A DNA stretch of 64,000 nt from Trypanosoma brucei (Eukaryota). Below the pieces are notes generated by a model. It saw only the letters and a program-made list of their open reading frames with translations, had not been told where the DNA came from and made no database searches. The DNA lies in the NCBI GenBank assembly GCA_000002445.1, contig CH464491.1, forward strand, positions 3,552,001 through 3,616,000, read 5' to 3'. A program made the translations under genes and the position numbers. Below, one piece after another: positions 10,784 to 21,189 of the stretch (positions within the stretch are counted from its first letter, which is position 1; each line of letters starts with the position of its first letter).

Positions 10784-12706
10784 TCACCAAAAACAAACGT
10801 ACGCAGCGAGTGCAAAGGCTGTTAAGGAAATCCCTGTGCCGATCATCGCCCCGCCCGTTGTTTCGTTGCAAATAAAATAATAATCAGACAGCGTAATGCA
10901 AAGCACGCCGGACACCAGTAGGGCCACTGGGTTCATTACTAACAGGGTACACGTCGTGGCCAGTCCAAGCACCTTGAGCGCGTGATTCCGCAGGAAGCAT
11001 TGGAGTACAAACAAAAACAACCACAACAGGGCCGCAGCGATGTAACATGCGTAAGAGTAGTGTAAAAAGTGATTGTGCTCCTCCAGGTAACGCAGTGGCG
11101 TATTCTCAACGTCCGTGACAAGAGGGATATGATGCTGACGCCACGGCACCTGACTTTTGTACCAAATCTCTGAGGCACCCGGAGGGTCTTCCGTCACTAT
11201 CCGAGGGTACTTAACGCTGCATTGATAACTTATAGAGGATATCCTCCCTGGGCGTCGTAGAGGGTCCAGGTATGAATCATCAAAATAATTCCTGTTACGC
11301 TCCTCCACCAAACGAACGTAGACAGGCATCGTCACGGCGATTGTTTGTGGTCTCTTCCCCGTCTCACACCACCTACTGCTGCTATTAGCGTCGAATGGAT
11401 CGAAGCTAAGCGCATATCTCGTTCCGATGTGCTTGGAGATAACGAGTTGGGTGTGGTTGGAGAATACACTTGAGTTGTATAATTCGTCGAAGTACAACAG
11501 CACGAAACACACCTCCTTCTCTCCGGCTCCCGGGGACGCGCAGTGAGGCAAGAAAGTCTTTTCTTCCTTGTCCGTTGTTATTGGCCTCCACCGTACATCA
11601 GACAAGGGAGCAGGTAATATGGCAAATGCGGGCTCACGACTCAAATCCACTAATTCACAACCTTTTCCCGGTACCAGCTCCACCACGGGAGCCCCGAGCA
11701 ATTGTCTGGTACTTTCCACACGCGTCGTGGTCAGTGTGGTGATGGTTCCCAACACACTTCCTGTGAGTAAGAGGAATGCAGCCCACGCCAACAGCCTCAT
11801 GCTGTTTTGTTTTTCCCCCGGTGTGGAACCAGTGCCCAGAGGAATGATAATGAACACAACTTGCACTATCACCAACCCCAGCAGAATAAGAAATGCTATG
11901 CTCCCAAGGACGGCATCACTATAACGTTCAGCAAACCTCACCCCAACATAATATGAAAAGAAAAAATTACCAGCACAGGCCGCCGCACTGAGAAGAGCAA
12001 TGGCAATACACCAACGCACGTGTTGTGTAGAACTTTTCTCAGTCGCGCGTTCGTCAAATTCGGCAGCCTTTTGCCGTTCCCTGAAGTACTCATCTCTCGT
12101 CACTATTCTGGGCCTTCCCACCATCTTTTGGAGGTAACGGGGGAGCTGCATTAAGCGTCGCCCCAAATCGAGCCGGTTGTAATACGTCCAATGTGGTGCC
12201 AAATTTGCAAAGAAGCGCCAATATCGACACACTTGACCTGCGTTCAGTATTTCACGCATATCTAAGCTAACATAAAGAAATATGACGGACAGTATTTCGT
12301 CATTGAAGGGACCAACTTGACTAGGTAGAACGGCGTTCTTTGTCGAGCGGTGCGTTTTATACGAGATGCACGCACGAAACTTCAGAACATCCTTCCGGGT
12401 GTTGGTGAAACGGAAGGCAATACTTTCTTCGTCGTCTTGCACCACAATTTCACCCCTCCGTTCGGTGAACTCAGTGCCTCCAACCATTGTCATCTCTTCC
12501 GTCATACTACCCCATTCAAAGTTGTAGTTGGGTGAGCAATCACGGTACCGCGCCGCTCGGTTATATTCCCTGTTAACTGGGGTTCTTTTTGCGTGCTCTG
12601 CACCATGATGATTACTACTAGCGGGTGATGTGATATCGTCGGCCCCGCAAAAGTCTGCCGCGTTATCAGGCGGATTTGCACCCTGCGCATGGGTTTGGTG
12701 GGTCAT
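10784..12706 (-). CDS. F-box domain-containing polytopic membrane protein, 640 aa
   Basis: ATG at 12704-12706. F-box-like motif LPSQVGPFNDEILSVIFLYVSLDMREILNAGQVCRYWRFFANL (LPxEIL..IF.YL....L.....VC..W). Followed by several hydrophobic helices (IAFLILLGLVIVQVVFIIIPLG, LLAWAAFLLLTGSVLGTITTL, C-terminal cluster). Confidence 0.65.
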   Translation of the reverse strand: MTHQTHAQGANPPDNAADFCGADDITSPASSNHHGAEHAKRTPVNREYNRAARYRDCSPNYNFEWGSMTEEMTMVGGTEFTERRGEIVVQDDEESIAFRFTNTRKDVLKFRACISYKTHRSTKNAVLPSQVGPFNDEILSVIFLYVSLDMREILNAGQVCRYWRFFANLAPHWTYYNRLDLGRRLMQLPRYLQKMVGRPRIVTRDEYFRERQKAAEFDERATEKSSTQHVRWCIAIALLSAAACAGNFFFSYYVGVRFAERYSDAVLGSIAFLILLGLVIVQVVFIIIPLGTGSTPGEKQNSMRLLAWAAFLLLTGSVLGTITTLTTTRVESTRQLLGAPVVELVPGKGCELVDLSREPAFAILPAPLSDVRWRPITTDKEEKTFLPHCASPGAGEKEVCFVLLYFDELYNSSVFSNHTQLVISKHIGTRYALSFDPFDANSSSRWCETGKRPQTIAVTMPVYVRLVEERNRNYFDDSYLDPLRRPGRISSISYQCSVKYPRIVTEDPPGASEIWYKSQVPWRQHHIPLVTDVENTPLRYLEEHNHFLHYSYACYIAAALLWLFLFVLQCFLRNHALKVLGLATTCTLLVMNPVALLVSGVLCITLSDYYFICNETTGGAMIGTGISLTAFALAAYVCFW

Positions 12707-13043
12707 AACACCGCTACTACTCGGTCACAGTCCTCCTTCCCTTTTCCTCCTTTACACAAAAGCAACAGAGAAATGAGGCAGAGAAGAAGAGCAGTACACA
12801 AACGTGGAATGTGAGGTAATAACCACATGCTCCGAGGCGTTGCAGATTTGTGGCTCCGTGAATATGCACCCGACGGTGGTACTCCTCGTTCACACGTAAG
12901 CTACAAAAACAGGCGGCGTGTACCCACCATTGTGTACTCACGTCTTCTGGTTTCCCAAGAAGTCCCTGCCACCACCTGGAGTGTTCTCACTTCCAACTAT
13001 TATAAAATAATAATATACAGTGATATGGCGGTCCTTCACAACT

Positions 13044-14849
13044 TTACGCGTTTTGGGGTGGAAAAACCTTTACCCCGCCAAATCGCTCACGCTCAAGCCG
13101 CTCCCGTTGCTCTCGCAAGTGCTGGAGGCCCTCGGGTACACCTATAACAAATTCACCGGGGCGTCCGCGGCGCCGGACATCAGTGAGCTGCGCAACTCGA
13201 CGCCTCAGCCCCTTACTCCATAGATGCGATGCCACGTACGCCTTCTCATCTTCAGTGCGTGGGAAACCAAACCGCCAAAGCCACGTCGCTTCCATCCGTG
13301 CCTCCTCCCCGTAGTCGCTTTGATCTCCGAGGTTACTCTTACCATCGCGCTGCTGCTGTCGCTCCGGGCCCTGACCAAACGGTGCGTCTTCTGGGTGATC
13401 CACGTCGAGACTACTATCTGCTGCATTGTCCCACTCATGCATCTGGCGAGACTCAATGAGACGCATAGCTGCTGAACCGTCTATTACATCCGCACCTGCA
13501 CAGCATGACGGCTCGTGGAACAGACAACCACGTTGTCTGAAATCCCCGTAGTTAAGCGTGAGCTCTTCCCCCTTTTTGATCAGCCGCGAAGCTACCACAA
13601 CAACACCAATGCCAGAGCGGTAGCGGTATGTCACGTTGTGACTGCGGACGGAGTGGTTCAGCATGTCGAGAAAGGGAACCACTGCTACTTTGGGTGGTTG
13701 GGCGCGCTGTTGCTGCCGGTGGGGGATAAAGTGCAAATTCACAGCACGGGACCTCATCATAAAGTGCGACCAACGAAGCTGTTCGATAGTTTTGGGGTCC
13801 CCACCAGCATCGTCGTCACCGGGCTGGTTAGTGGTGGAGGTTGGCGGGGTTGGCAACAAGTTGTCAGCAAACATACACCTTTGCAGCGGTGTAAGAATGT
13901 CAGAGTAGACTGACGTCTCTAGCTGCACCAGCTGCTGTTGCGCCGCTGATAAGGAGCCCCGACTCTTTGCGAGGTTTGCCTCATGTTGTCGCTGAGTTAG
14001 TGGGTGCCTCTTACCACGGCAGAACGCCGCGATCAGCGGTTCCGTTGCTACTACCTCTACCTGCGGTTTGCTGACGGCATCAATTCCGCAAGACTCAGCG
14101 GCCTGCAGCATTAACTCGACAGTCGCCACGTCCGTGTCGGCATGCTCCAGCGGCGATGAAATGAGTGCCGTGCGGGTGCCAGCCCGCAAGCGACGCTGGA
14201 GTGGCGTAAAGGCAGACGCCCTTTTCTCTTGTAACTGTAAGAGCAATCCCATCGGTGGTACGCGTGGTGGGAGGCTGGAAACCCACTTAGTCAGTGGGTG
14301 GTTTACTCCGCCATGCCTGAGGGTGTAGAGCGCAAGTGTGATCAGTAACGAATCACGTGTTGATAAAAGGTGTGGCATCCCACTCACAGTCGCCAGGCGG
14401 CGCCTTAGCTCAGCGTAGCTTGTAAAATTTCCACCCGCGGTAGCGTGCTGGAGAACGCTGTCAGCAATTTCGCCATGTAGTATGTGCGACTCTGGTACAA
14501 CGCAAAGCTGCTCGCCCCTACAAATGGAGCGGCTGGCCACAACACAACGGAGTGGTGCTCTCAGAACATTGTCCTTCCCCGTTCCCCGCGATTCAATTAC
14601 TTGCGTCAGAGCATCGCTCAAAATGGAGAGTCCGTTAGACCATTCACCAAGTCCGTGCATTGTCCGACAACATCGCATCTTCACACGACGGCTCAGCGAT
14701 GCTGGACTCCCGGCAGTGCCTTCGCTATGCTGGTAAAACGGCTCACCCCCAAGTAATTCGGCGAAAACTGGAAAGGAAAAAAAGAAGTGAAAGAAGAGTG
14801 CACGAGCAGCGACGAAGAAGGATTGGGTGCCGCCTGCTACAGCGCGCAT
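13044..14849 (-). CDS. SET-domain protein (lysine methyltransferase-like), 601 aa
   Basis: ATG at 14847-14849. SET signatures VVPFLDMLNHS (NHS/C motif) and GEELTLNYG (ELxxxYG). The N-terminal ~60 aa are hydrophobic/low complexity, so the true start may be an internal Met. Confidence 0.7.
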   Translation of the reverse strand: MRAVAGGTQSFFVAARALFFHFFFSFPVFAELLGGEPFYQHSEGTAGSPASLSRRVKMRCCRTMHGLGEWSNGLSILSDALTQVIESRGTGKDNVLRAPLRCVVASRSICRGEQLCVVPESHILHGEIADSVLQHATAGGNFTSYAELRRRLATVSGMPHLLSTRDSLLITLALYTLRHGGVNHPLTKWVSSLPPRVPPMGLLLQLQEKRASAFTPLQRRLRAGTRTALISSPLEHADTDVATVELMLQAAESCGIDAVSKPQVEVVATEPLIAAFCRGKRHPLTQRQHEANLAKSRGSLSAAQQQLVQLETSVYSDILTPLQRCMFADNLLPTPPTSTTNQPGDDDAGGDPKTIEQLRWSHFMMRSRAVNLHFIPHRQQQRAQPPKVAVVPFLDMLNHSVRSHNVTYRYRSGIGVVVVASRLIKKGEELTLNYGDFRQRGCLFHEPSCCAGADVIDGSAAMRLIESRQMHEWDNAADSSLDVDHPEDAPFGQGPERQQQRDGKSNLGDQSDYGEEARMEATWLWRFGFPRTEDEKAYVASHLWSKGLRRRVAQLTDVRRRGRPGEFVIGVPEGLQHLREQRERLERERFGGVKVFPPQNA

Positions 14850-15515
14850 GATTACTACTCTCGACCTACTTCAGCCACGTTTACCATACTTGTTTTACCT
14901 TAACGTATGCCCTGCCCATTCACGTGTCCCAGTTGCCGTGGACCCCAACGTGCCACGCTAATCACAGAAGTGTTTGTAGGGAAGGGGGGCTGACATTCAG
15001 CTGTGAACACGTGGGGAATTTTTGCGTGGGACCCGGCTCTGAACTGTTAATGCGGAGCACACCCTTTCACCAACTTCTTGATTAGCCAGAAACAGTCCCT
15101 AACCGTACTTCCTTCCTCTCCACAGAGCCGTGCGCGGAGACATAAAATGTCGAGGTACACATACGAGCGTATGGACCTGCAGGAGCTAGTTATGTGTAAG
15201 TTGAGCGGCGCTTCCATGAAAAAAAAAAACATATGGGCAAACACCAGAGGGGCGGAGTTATTTATTATTAACTTCCTCTGCTTAAGGAAACAAAGGCGGG
15301 TTTGGGCTCAAGCACAAACCAAAACAACGCACGGAACTTACCCACGGCAACAGAGGAACTTGGACATAAGAAAGGATACAGCAGTGCGACTTATTTTCCT
15401 CTCACGCCGAACAAAGTAAACAAAAGCCGGCACCAACAACGGAGGAAGTCGATGTTCCAAAGAGTCACCAACCAAACGCCATCTCCCCCCTCAATGTTCT
15501 TTCGTCTGCAAGATG

Positions 15516-15908
15516 TTAAACGTGCTCGGTGTCCATGTCATACTCTCCGTAGTCGGCTTCGCGCTGCTTCTCCTTTTTAGAACGACCCGCTCTGCGCTCC
15601 TCTTCCCGGGCCTTCTTGTTATTGATGTCAAATTCCTTTTCCATGGCACTCATCTTGTCTTGAAGCTCTTCCACCTTTACACCCAATTTACGCGCCTCTT
15701 CCGCCTGCGCCGCTCTCTCTAACTCTTCTTCGGTTCTTTTGATGGCGGCTGACTTGGACTTCTTTTCTGCTTTGATTGCGGCCTCGACGTCCTTCTGCCG
15801 CGAGCCGACTTTCAAGCCGGCTTCCGCCCACAGGCCGCTCGGCACCTCACCCTTCTCCTGAAGGATCTTCGACAGCTTGGCCAGCGACTCCAAGCGCCCT
15901 TCACTCAT
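15516..15908 (-). CDS. Small Lys/Glu-rich charged protein (~130 aa), hypothetical
   Basis: Tool ORF 15516..16022 begins with GTG. First Met gives MSEGRLESLAKLSKILQEKG...ADYGEYDMDTEHV. Highly charged KE-rich coiled-coil-like composition. The start coordinate is approximate (within 3 nt). Confidence 0.45.
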   Translation of the reverse strand: MSEGRLESLAKLSKILQEKGEVPSGLWAEAGLKVGSRQKDVEAAIKAEKKSKSAAIKRTEEELERAAQAEEARKLGVKVEELQDKMSAMEKEFDINNKKAREEERRAGRSKKEKQREADYGEYDMDTEHV

Positions 15909-16352
15909 GACCGTAGTCGCGTTTCCCCTAAAGCCTTTGGTACGAGGTGAGAGAAGTAAAGGTGGAGCGGATAAAAGTACACATAGATGAAAACTGGCAC
16001 AAAGCAATGTAGTCAGCCACACAAGCTACGCAGGCGAGGAGGTGGGAAAGCGAATCGCCCACTTCCCACAGGTGTGGAAACAAAACTATGCTGATGGCTA
16101 CAATGCTAGCCCCCATAAACCGCGCAACTGAAAACTCTTTTATCAAATACACAGTTGGGCGCGTATCGGAGGAAACAGACAAAGCGGATACAACCGACGA
16201 CTGCTCAGCCGCCTTTGTTTCCCCTTCACTTTCCATTAGCTCTCTGAGAGATCCCCTAATACTTTCCAACTTTTTGCAGATACTCCAATTTCCCTACCAC
16301 TCACTTGGAAAAGAACTGTATCAAGGAGATTTCACCCGCGTGTCCAAAAGTT

Positions 16353-17102
16353 TCATGAATCGTGTAATCCGCCACTTTTCCTTTCCTTTAGAAATGCATC
16401 TAGTGGCACGATACCTACGTCATCCACAAGCTGCTCATACGGTTTATCCAAGTACCATTCCCACGGCACGTTAAGTATACATGAAACAAAGCGCTTTCCG
16501 TGTAACTGACGGGGAGCATTGGCACGTGCCCACTCATTATACATGCCCATGTTAAGGATCTGATCCATCCTGAGCCATGGCATACCACCCAATACCGCCA
16601 TAAGTCCAACCGGAAGGCCCGTGTGCTGCCACTCGAAGAGTTTCACTGCCAACTCCTCTTCGATTGTCCGCCCTAAGCCTACATATGCATGAACAAAGTC
16701 GTGAATCTGCCGATACCGAAGCATAACGTATGCGAGCGTTGGGTCGCTAACGTGCAGGATGGGTGCCCTTCCACTCGGTAGAAAATTGTTTCGTTTCATA
16801 AATGCTGCGTACCGGTACCCAAATGTTCCCTCTGGTTGTGTCTTAGCAAACTCCAATGTCTCGTCCGTTACCTGCGGTCTCTCTTTTAATATCGAGCGTC
16901 CCATTTCGTCCGCCATCATCAGCCGCTGCATGTGATGCAAGGCTGTTAACGCTGTAATCTCAGCAAATGCCGCACTTCCTCTACCATCTTCCGGGTCGAC
17001 AATGGCACCGAAGCTCGACGTGACAAACGCCGGCAGAGACTTTACGGCGCCGGCGATACCGCCAAGAAACATGACCGCGGACGAAACCACCCTACTCTGC
17101 AT
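16353..17102 (-). CDS. COQ4: Ubiquinone biosynthesis protein COQ4 homolog (~249 aa)
   Basis: HDFVHAYVGLGRTIEEE matches the COQ4 zinc-ligand motif HDxxH-x10-E. Tool ORF 16353..17387 carries ~95 extra N-terminal codons. Those codons translate the polypyrimidine tract (FFFFYHYCYLFCYF). First plausible ATG is 17100-17102, giving MQSRVVSSAVMFLGGIAGAVK, which is presequence-like. Confidence 0.7.
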   Translation of the reverse strand: MQSRVVSSAVMFLGGIAGAVKSLPAFVTSSFGAIVDPEDGRGSAAFAEITALTALHHMQRLMMADEMGRSILKERPQVTDETLEFAKTQPEGTFGYRYAAFMKRNNFLPSGRAPILHVSDPTLAYVMLRYRQIHDFVHAYVGLGRTIEEELAVKLFEWQHTGLPVGLMAVLGGMPWLRMDQILNMGMYNEWARANAPRQLHGKRFVSCILNVPWEWYLDKPYEQLVDDVGIVPLDAFLKERKSGGLHDS

Positions 17103-17766
17103 TAATAACTGGGTACGATACAAACCCTTCCTTCTGCTATGGGCGATTGTGAGGAAAAGGGGTATGGATAATATGTTCAGGTCGTTACGGGGTGGTTCGG
17201 AGTAAACCGGGGATGGAAAAAATTCGGGAAAGAGGGTGAGTGCGGTACGACTAGAAAAGGGTTGGGGATTTAGAAAGTAGCAGAATAAATAACAGTAGTG
17301 ATAGAAGAAAAAAAATAGAGCGGGAACGAGCCCCCATGTGTTTCTTTCAAAGTGCAATGTACCATCATTGCCTGTTGGCATGCACATAAACCAAGAAAGA
17401 AAGCCGCCTCAAGGTATCTGCACTGCTTCTCTTGTCACCATTGCCCTTCGGTGGCCTGGTATTAAGGCAGTGCAACAGACACAAATAAATAAACAAGAAT
17501 TCTCCGTAAGGCATGGTGGGGCTGCCATCGTCAACAGCCCCACGAATAATCACTCACCGTAATCGATAATTATTGAGCTGTACGGCAGGATCCGGTTGAA
17601 TAACCCACCAACAAAAAAATGTGAGTGCCATGTTGCCGGTGCTTCCGGGCTACGCACAACACAAATTTCCGGCGGCACAGCAACGACAAATTTTCACCTA
17701 TCTCTCGCCACCCATGTGGCACCGTAGAGTATGTCTCATTTTCACCGCCAGTCCTGGAATCATTGC

Positions 17767-17776
17767 CCCCCCCCCC
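17767..17776 (+). repeat. C10 homopolymer (G10 on the minus coding strand) upstream of COQ4
   Basis: cattg-C10-gagatatttc. Confidence 0.85.
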
Positions 17777-18018
17777 GAGATATTTCTACGCGTGGAGTCG
17801 TGTGGTTTACCGAGCCTCGAATAACTGAAACAGGAGAACCGCAACCTTTATGACACTGACTGCCCTTCACCGTATGTGGCTACCACCATATAGATAGGGC
17901 CCCACCTGCGGCGAGGTAGAAGTTGTAGAAGGGGATAAGCCCCACCGGCCGCCCTTTTGGAATTTGAGGAATCATGTGGCGATTAATTAGGGCTTTAGAA
18001 GACGTGTCGTAGCTGTGT

Positions 18019-18420
18019 TTACGTGGTGCTTTTTTCCCTTTGAAAAGTCATCGTAGTTATAAGCCACTCCCGATCTGAAACGCAGTTGTTTAATTGCATC
18101 AACATCCAGCCATCCTCTAGCAGCGTCTCCGCCAGCACCCGCCGGTCGCTGTCGACGCACCGTGTCAGATCCCCTTCCCACCATCGCCGCGGCTCGCCAG
18201 CGACACCAGTAGAAGTTGTAGTGCTGCTCTGCGCGAGAAATTGTTCTAACAGGTACCGCATCCGAATCCGTTCGTTTAGTTGGGTAGCGACAGCGTCTGA
18301 ACATAAAAGGCGGCATTTCACACTGTCTGGCCCTGCTGCATCACCAAACCGTCTGAAATGTTCCCACACCTCCAAGTAGGTAATCTCCTTCACGAACTGC
18401 CGCACGGTATTTTTCATCAT
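18019..18420 (-). CDS. Hypothetical protein, 133 aa
   Basis: Genuine ATG pair (MM) at 18415-18420. Protein-like composition (MMKNTVRQFVKEITYLEVWEHFRRFGD...). An overlapping Arg-rich ORF 17987..18316 in another frame is taken to be spurious. Confidence 0.4.
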   Translation of the reverse strand: MMKNTVRQFVKEITYLEVWEHFRRFGDAAGPDSVKCRLLCSDAVATQLNERIRMRYLLEQFLAQSSTTTSTGVAGEPRRWWEGDLTRCVDSDRRVLAETLLEDGWMLMQLNNCVSDREWLITTMTFQREKSTT

Positions 18421-18777
18421 ACCTTTGCGCGTTCGTTGTGTTTATTGTTACTAACGCTAATGCGGAGACGAGAACACCCCAAGGTGTCGAGTAGAACACA
18501 CACACAAAGAAAAACAAGACGAAAAGGGGCTAAGGAACAACAACTTTGCGACGACGGAGGTCCAAAATAATGAGAACAGCAACACCTTAATCGTTACAAT
18601 CGTACTAGCATGGAAAGGGGGAGAAGCTCATGTCTTGTATCGTACAATCTGCCTCCTCAGCGATGGCGGAAGGGAAACAAAAAGTGGAAGGGGCTAAAAG
18701 AGGGAGGGAGAGGAGCTAGTTGAGAACAAACCCGATCATGAGATTGTGAGGAGGCCTCTGACACCAGTTGGTTAGCG

Positions 18778-19878
18778 TTAGCGCTGCCGCCGTCTGGACT
18801 CGTGCCTTCCGCCTGCATTTCCCCTTTCCCTGCTGCTCCTACCCTTCTTATCGTTATGGTTATTATTTCCCCGCCGCTGGCGGTTAGTGTTCATGTAATG
18901 TCCCCCCCGGAATGGTATGGCACCGCCATCGAAGACAATGTTGTCCGGGCTCACGAAGCCACCACTGAACTCGTCGCCGGGACCGCCATAGCCATAAGGA
19001 TCATTGTCCGTAAAATCATCATCGTCATCTATGCCCATAAAATCAACCTCAGGAGACTCTGCGTAATAGTTGAAACCATAAAACCGTTGTCTCGCACGGG
19101 GTAGCGATTTGTTGTCTTCACTCCACCGATTAAACTCCGCTACAACATCAGTTGTTTGCTTTCCTAGCGCGTTGGCAATGAAATCAAAACTTTTGCCGTC
19201 TTGGTACATGTTCACCATTGCCTGCACGTCAGCATCGGGCCATGTAGTTGTCTTCTTTCGAGTCTGGCCACCTTTTGCGTGCTGCTGTTTTTCGCCGTGC
19301 TTCGCCTTCTTCTGCCCCCTGCCCGCTTCAGTGGTCCGCTGCTGGTGGTGGTGGTGGTGCCTCCAGCTACTGTCGCGCGAAGGAGAGGCCTGTTCAAACG
19401 CCTCGTTCTCGGCTTGTCGGTGCATTTCTTCCCACATCATTTCGTAAAATGTTGGATTAATTTCCTCATGCCACGGTTGATACGGCTCGTCATGTGGAGC
19501 ATAGTATGAGTGCTCACTACTCGCCCTGACTCCGCCGGAGGCGCAATTATTTTTTTGGTGCATACCGCACCCACCTAATTGGTGGAGACGCCGGAGTGTG
19601 GCGTACGCGTTGTTAATGTTCACCATACGGGAAGAGGCACCGGTCCCCTCCTCTCCACTGACGTCGGGGTGGTGCTTCTTGGCGAGCTCAACGTATCGAC
19701 GCCTGATGTCTTCAAATGTAGACGAAGTGGCGACGCCGAGTGTTGCGTAAGCGCTGCGTACCTCCCCTTCCGTTGGTGCCTGTGTTGCCATGAAACGACG
19801 CTGGAGGGATCGAACGCTCCTAAATGCAGCCCAACTGCGCATGATTGGGTACCTCTTCAGAGAATAACCGTTGAACAT
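18778..19878 (-). CDS. DnaJ (J-domain, HPD motif) protein; start ambiguous (19878 or 20019)
   Basis: J domain DAYATLGVATSSTFEDIRRRYVELAKKHHPDVSG. Tool ORF begins with TTG at 20106. In-frame ATGs sit at 20017-20019 (MSCVVHLFV..., followed by a hydrophobic helix) and at 19876-19878 (MFNGYSLKRYPIMRSWAAFRSVRSLQRRF, presequence-like). His/Gln-rich tract (RHHHHHQQR) and Gly/Asn/Arg-rich C-terminus. Confidence 0.65.
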   Translation of the reverse strand: MFNGYSLKRYPIMRSWAAFRSVRSLQRRFMATQAPTEGEVRSAYATLGVATSSTFEDIRRRYVELAKKHHPDVSGEEGTGASSRMVNINNAYATLRRLHQLGGCGMHQKNNCASGGVRASSEHSYYAPHDEPYQPWHEEINPTFYEMMWEEMHRQAENEAFEQASPSRDSSWRHHHHHQQRTTEAGRGQKKAKHGEKQQHAKGGQTRKKTTTWPDADVQAMVNMYQDGKSFDFIANALGKQTTDVVAEFNRWSEDNKSLPRARQRFYGFNYYAESPEVDFMGIDDDDDFTDNDPYGYGGPGDEFSGGFVSPDNIVFDGGAIPFRGGHYMNTNRQRRGNNNHNDKKGRSSRERGNAGGRHESRRRQR

Positions 19879-20274
19879 TTGGGAGGCCAGCGTGTGGACG
19901 CGTAGAGTGCCCAATAAGAAGAGAGCGTGGAAAAGAATAGTTATGACCACAAGGAGGTCAGCAATAAATACAAGACAAGGGGTACACATATGTACAAAGA
20001 GGTGTACAACACAGCTCATAGTACACTGGTAACAATGAAGAAAGGCGATGTGGCTCAACCTGTCTTCGTAGCAAACAATAACAAAATCAAAAATAAAGAA
20101 GAACAAAAAAAAATCTCTTCACAAGCGAGAGAGAAGAAATCCCTACAATGAAAGCTCACAATGAACAAAGATAAATAAACAAATAAAGGATTGAAGAAAT
20201 AACGCAAATCTATTATTATTATTATTTTTCTCCCCTTTCTCCTTCTGTGCCATGGTCACTTCTACCATGTTCAC

Positions 20275-20688
20275 TTAGAGGTCCTCCTCTTGCTCTCCTT
20301 GCGTAAATTTACTCCATTCATTGTACCCATCTGCGAAGTAAGTTGCTGCTCTGTACCCCAACGCTTCCACCACATCAACTGCCGTTGCCGCTCGGCCGTG
20401 GCGCTGATCAAAGAAAACAATTTTGTCCGATGCCTGCGGCATACGTATTTTATACTTTGTTTCGAATGCGGTGGGACTCATGCGAAACGCGCTTCGCACC
20501 TCCGAGGATGGAATATGTACGGAGAAGGGGATAGTACCATATCTTTTTACTTCAAAGGCGTCTCGTACATCAACAATGAAAGTGTTTTCGCTCTTACCAC
20601 TTCGCTTACTCTTCAGAAGAGCTGCCATGTGAAACTTGTTAAGTGCCCTCTTGCGGTCTAGCTCCTCGTAAGATGTGCTCTGACCCAT
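20275..20688 (-). CDS. Rhodanese-homology domain protein (~137 aa), catalytic Cys replaced (FFDQRHGRAAT)
   Basis: Tool ORF begins with GTG. First ATG gives MGQSTSYEEL. Rhodanese-fold motifs (IVDVRDAFE...GTIPFSVHIP...YFADGYNEW). Position equivalent to the active-site Cys is Asp/Gln. Start coordinate +/-2 nt. Confidence 0.6.
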   Translation of the reverse strand: MGQSTSYEELDRKRALNKFHMAALLKSKRSGKSENTFIVDVRDAFEVKRYGTIPFSVHIPSSEVRSAFRMSPTAFETKYKIRMPQASDKIVFFDQRHGRAATAVDVVEALGYRAATYFADGYNEWSKFTQGEQEEDL

Positions 20689-21189
20689 AGTTTGCTTCAC
20701 CTTTTAGCTTTGTGACGGGGGTTTGCCTCCGGCTTTTCACACCTATCCTATCCTGTCCTGTCCTGTCGTTTCCTTTATATATGTATGTTTTCCTTTTTAT
20801 TTTTTTCCAATCAATCCTCAACGAAGCACGAGCGTCTTTGGATAAGGGAACTCAAAATCAGTGAAACGCGCAAATCACCGAAGTACAACACAAACACATC
20901 AAATAAAAATATGAACAGTAGCACACACCAGTGGTACAGCGAGATAAGAAAAGATGGGCCGCTCCCGCTCAACCGCTGCTTCCCCTTCAACTAGTTGACA
21001 AAAGCTGAGCCACTCGTTTTTATGTTATCAAAATTCACGAGAGCAGTTGCTCCCGCCTAATGAGATGGCGTACCGGCTGAACCAATTTTCACAGGTAAAA
21101 CTATGGGATCATAACGCGTGAAGGCTACAAGTCCGGACCCTCCACCTGAAACCACCGCGTAGTTCCTCGGCGGATTCAACCCGAGGTCC

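Noticed and set aside
16353-17387. Tool N-terminal extensions on several ORFs: COQ4 16353..17387 (extra 95 aa), adenylate cyclase from 48597, DnaJ from 20106, ORFs at 7888, 2432, 15516..16022, 20700, 21708, 26530, 35878
   Set aside because: Their first codons are TTG/GTG (checked on the sequence). Some extensions translate polypyrimidine tracts (FFFFYHYCYLFCYF). Eukaryotic initiation requires AUG, so the starts were moved to the first in-frame ATG.
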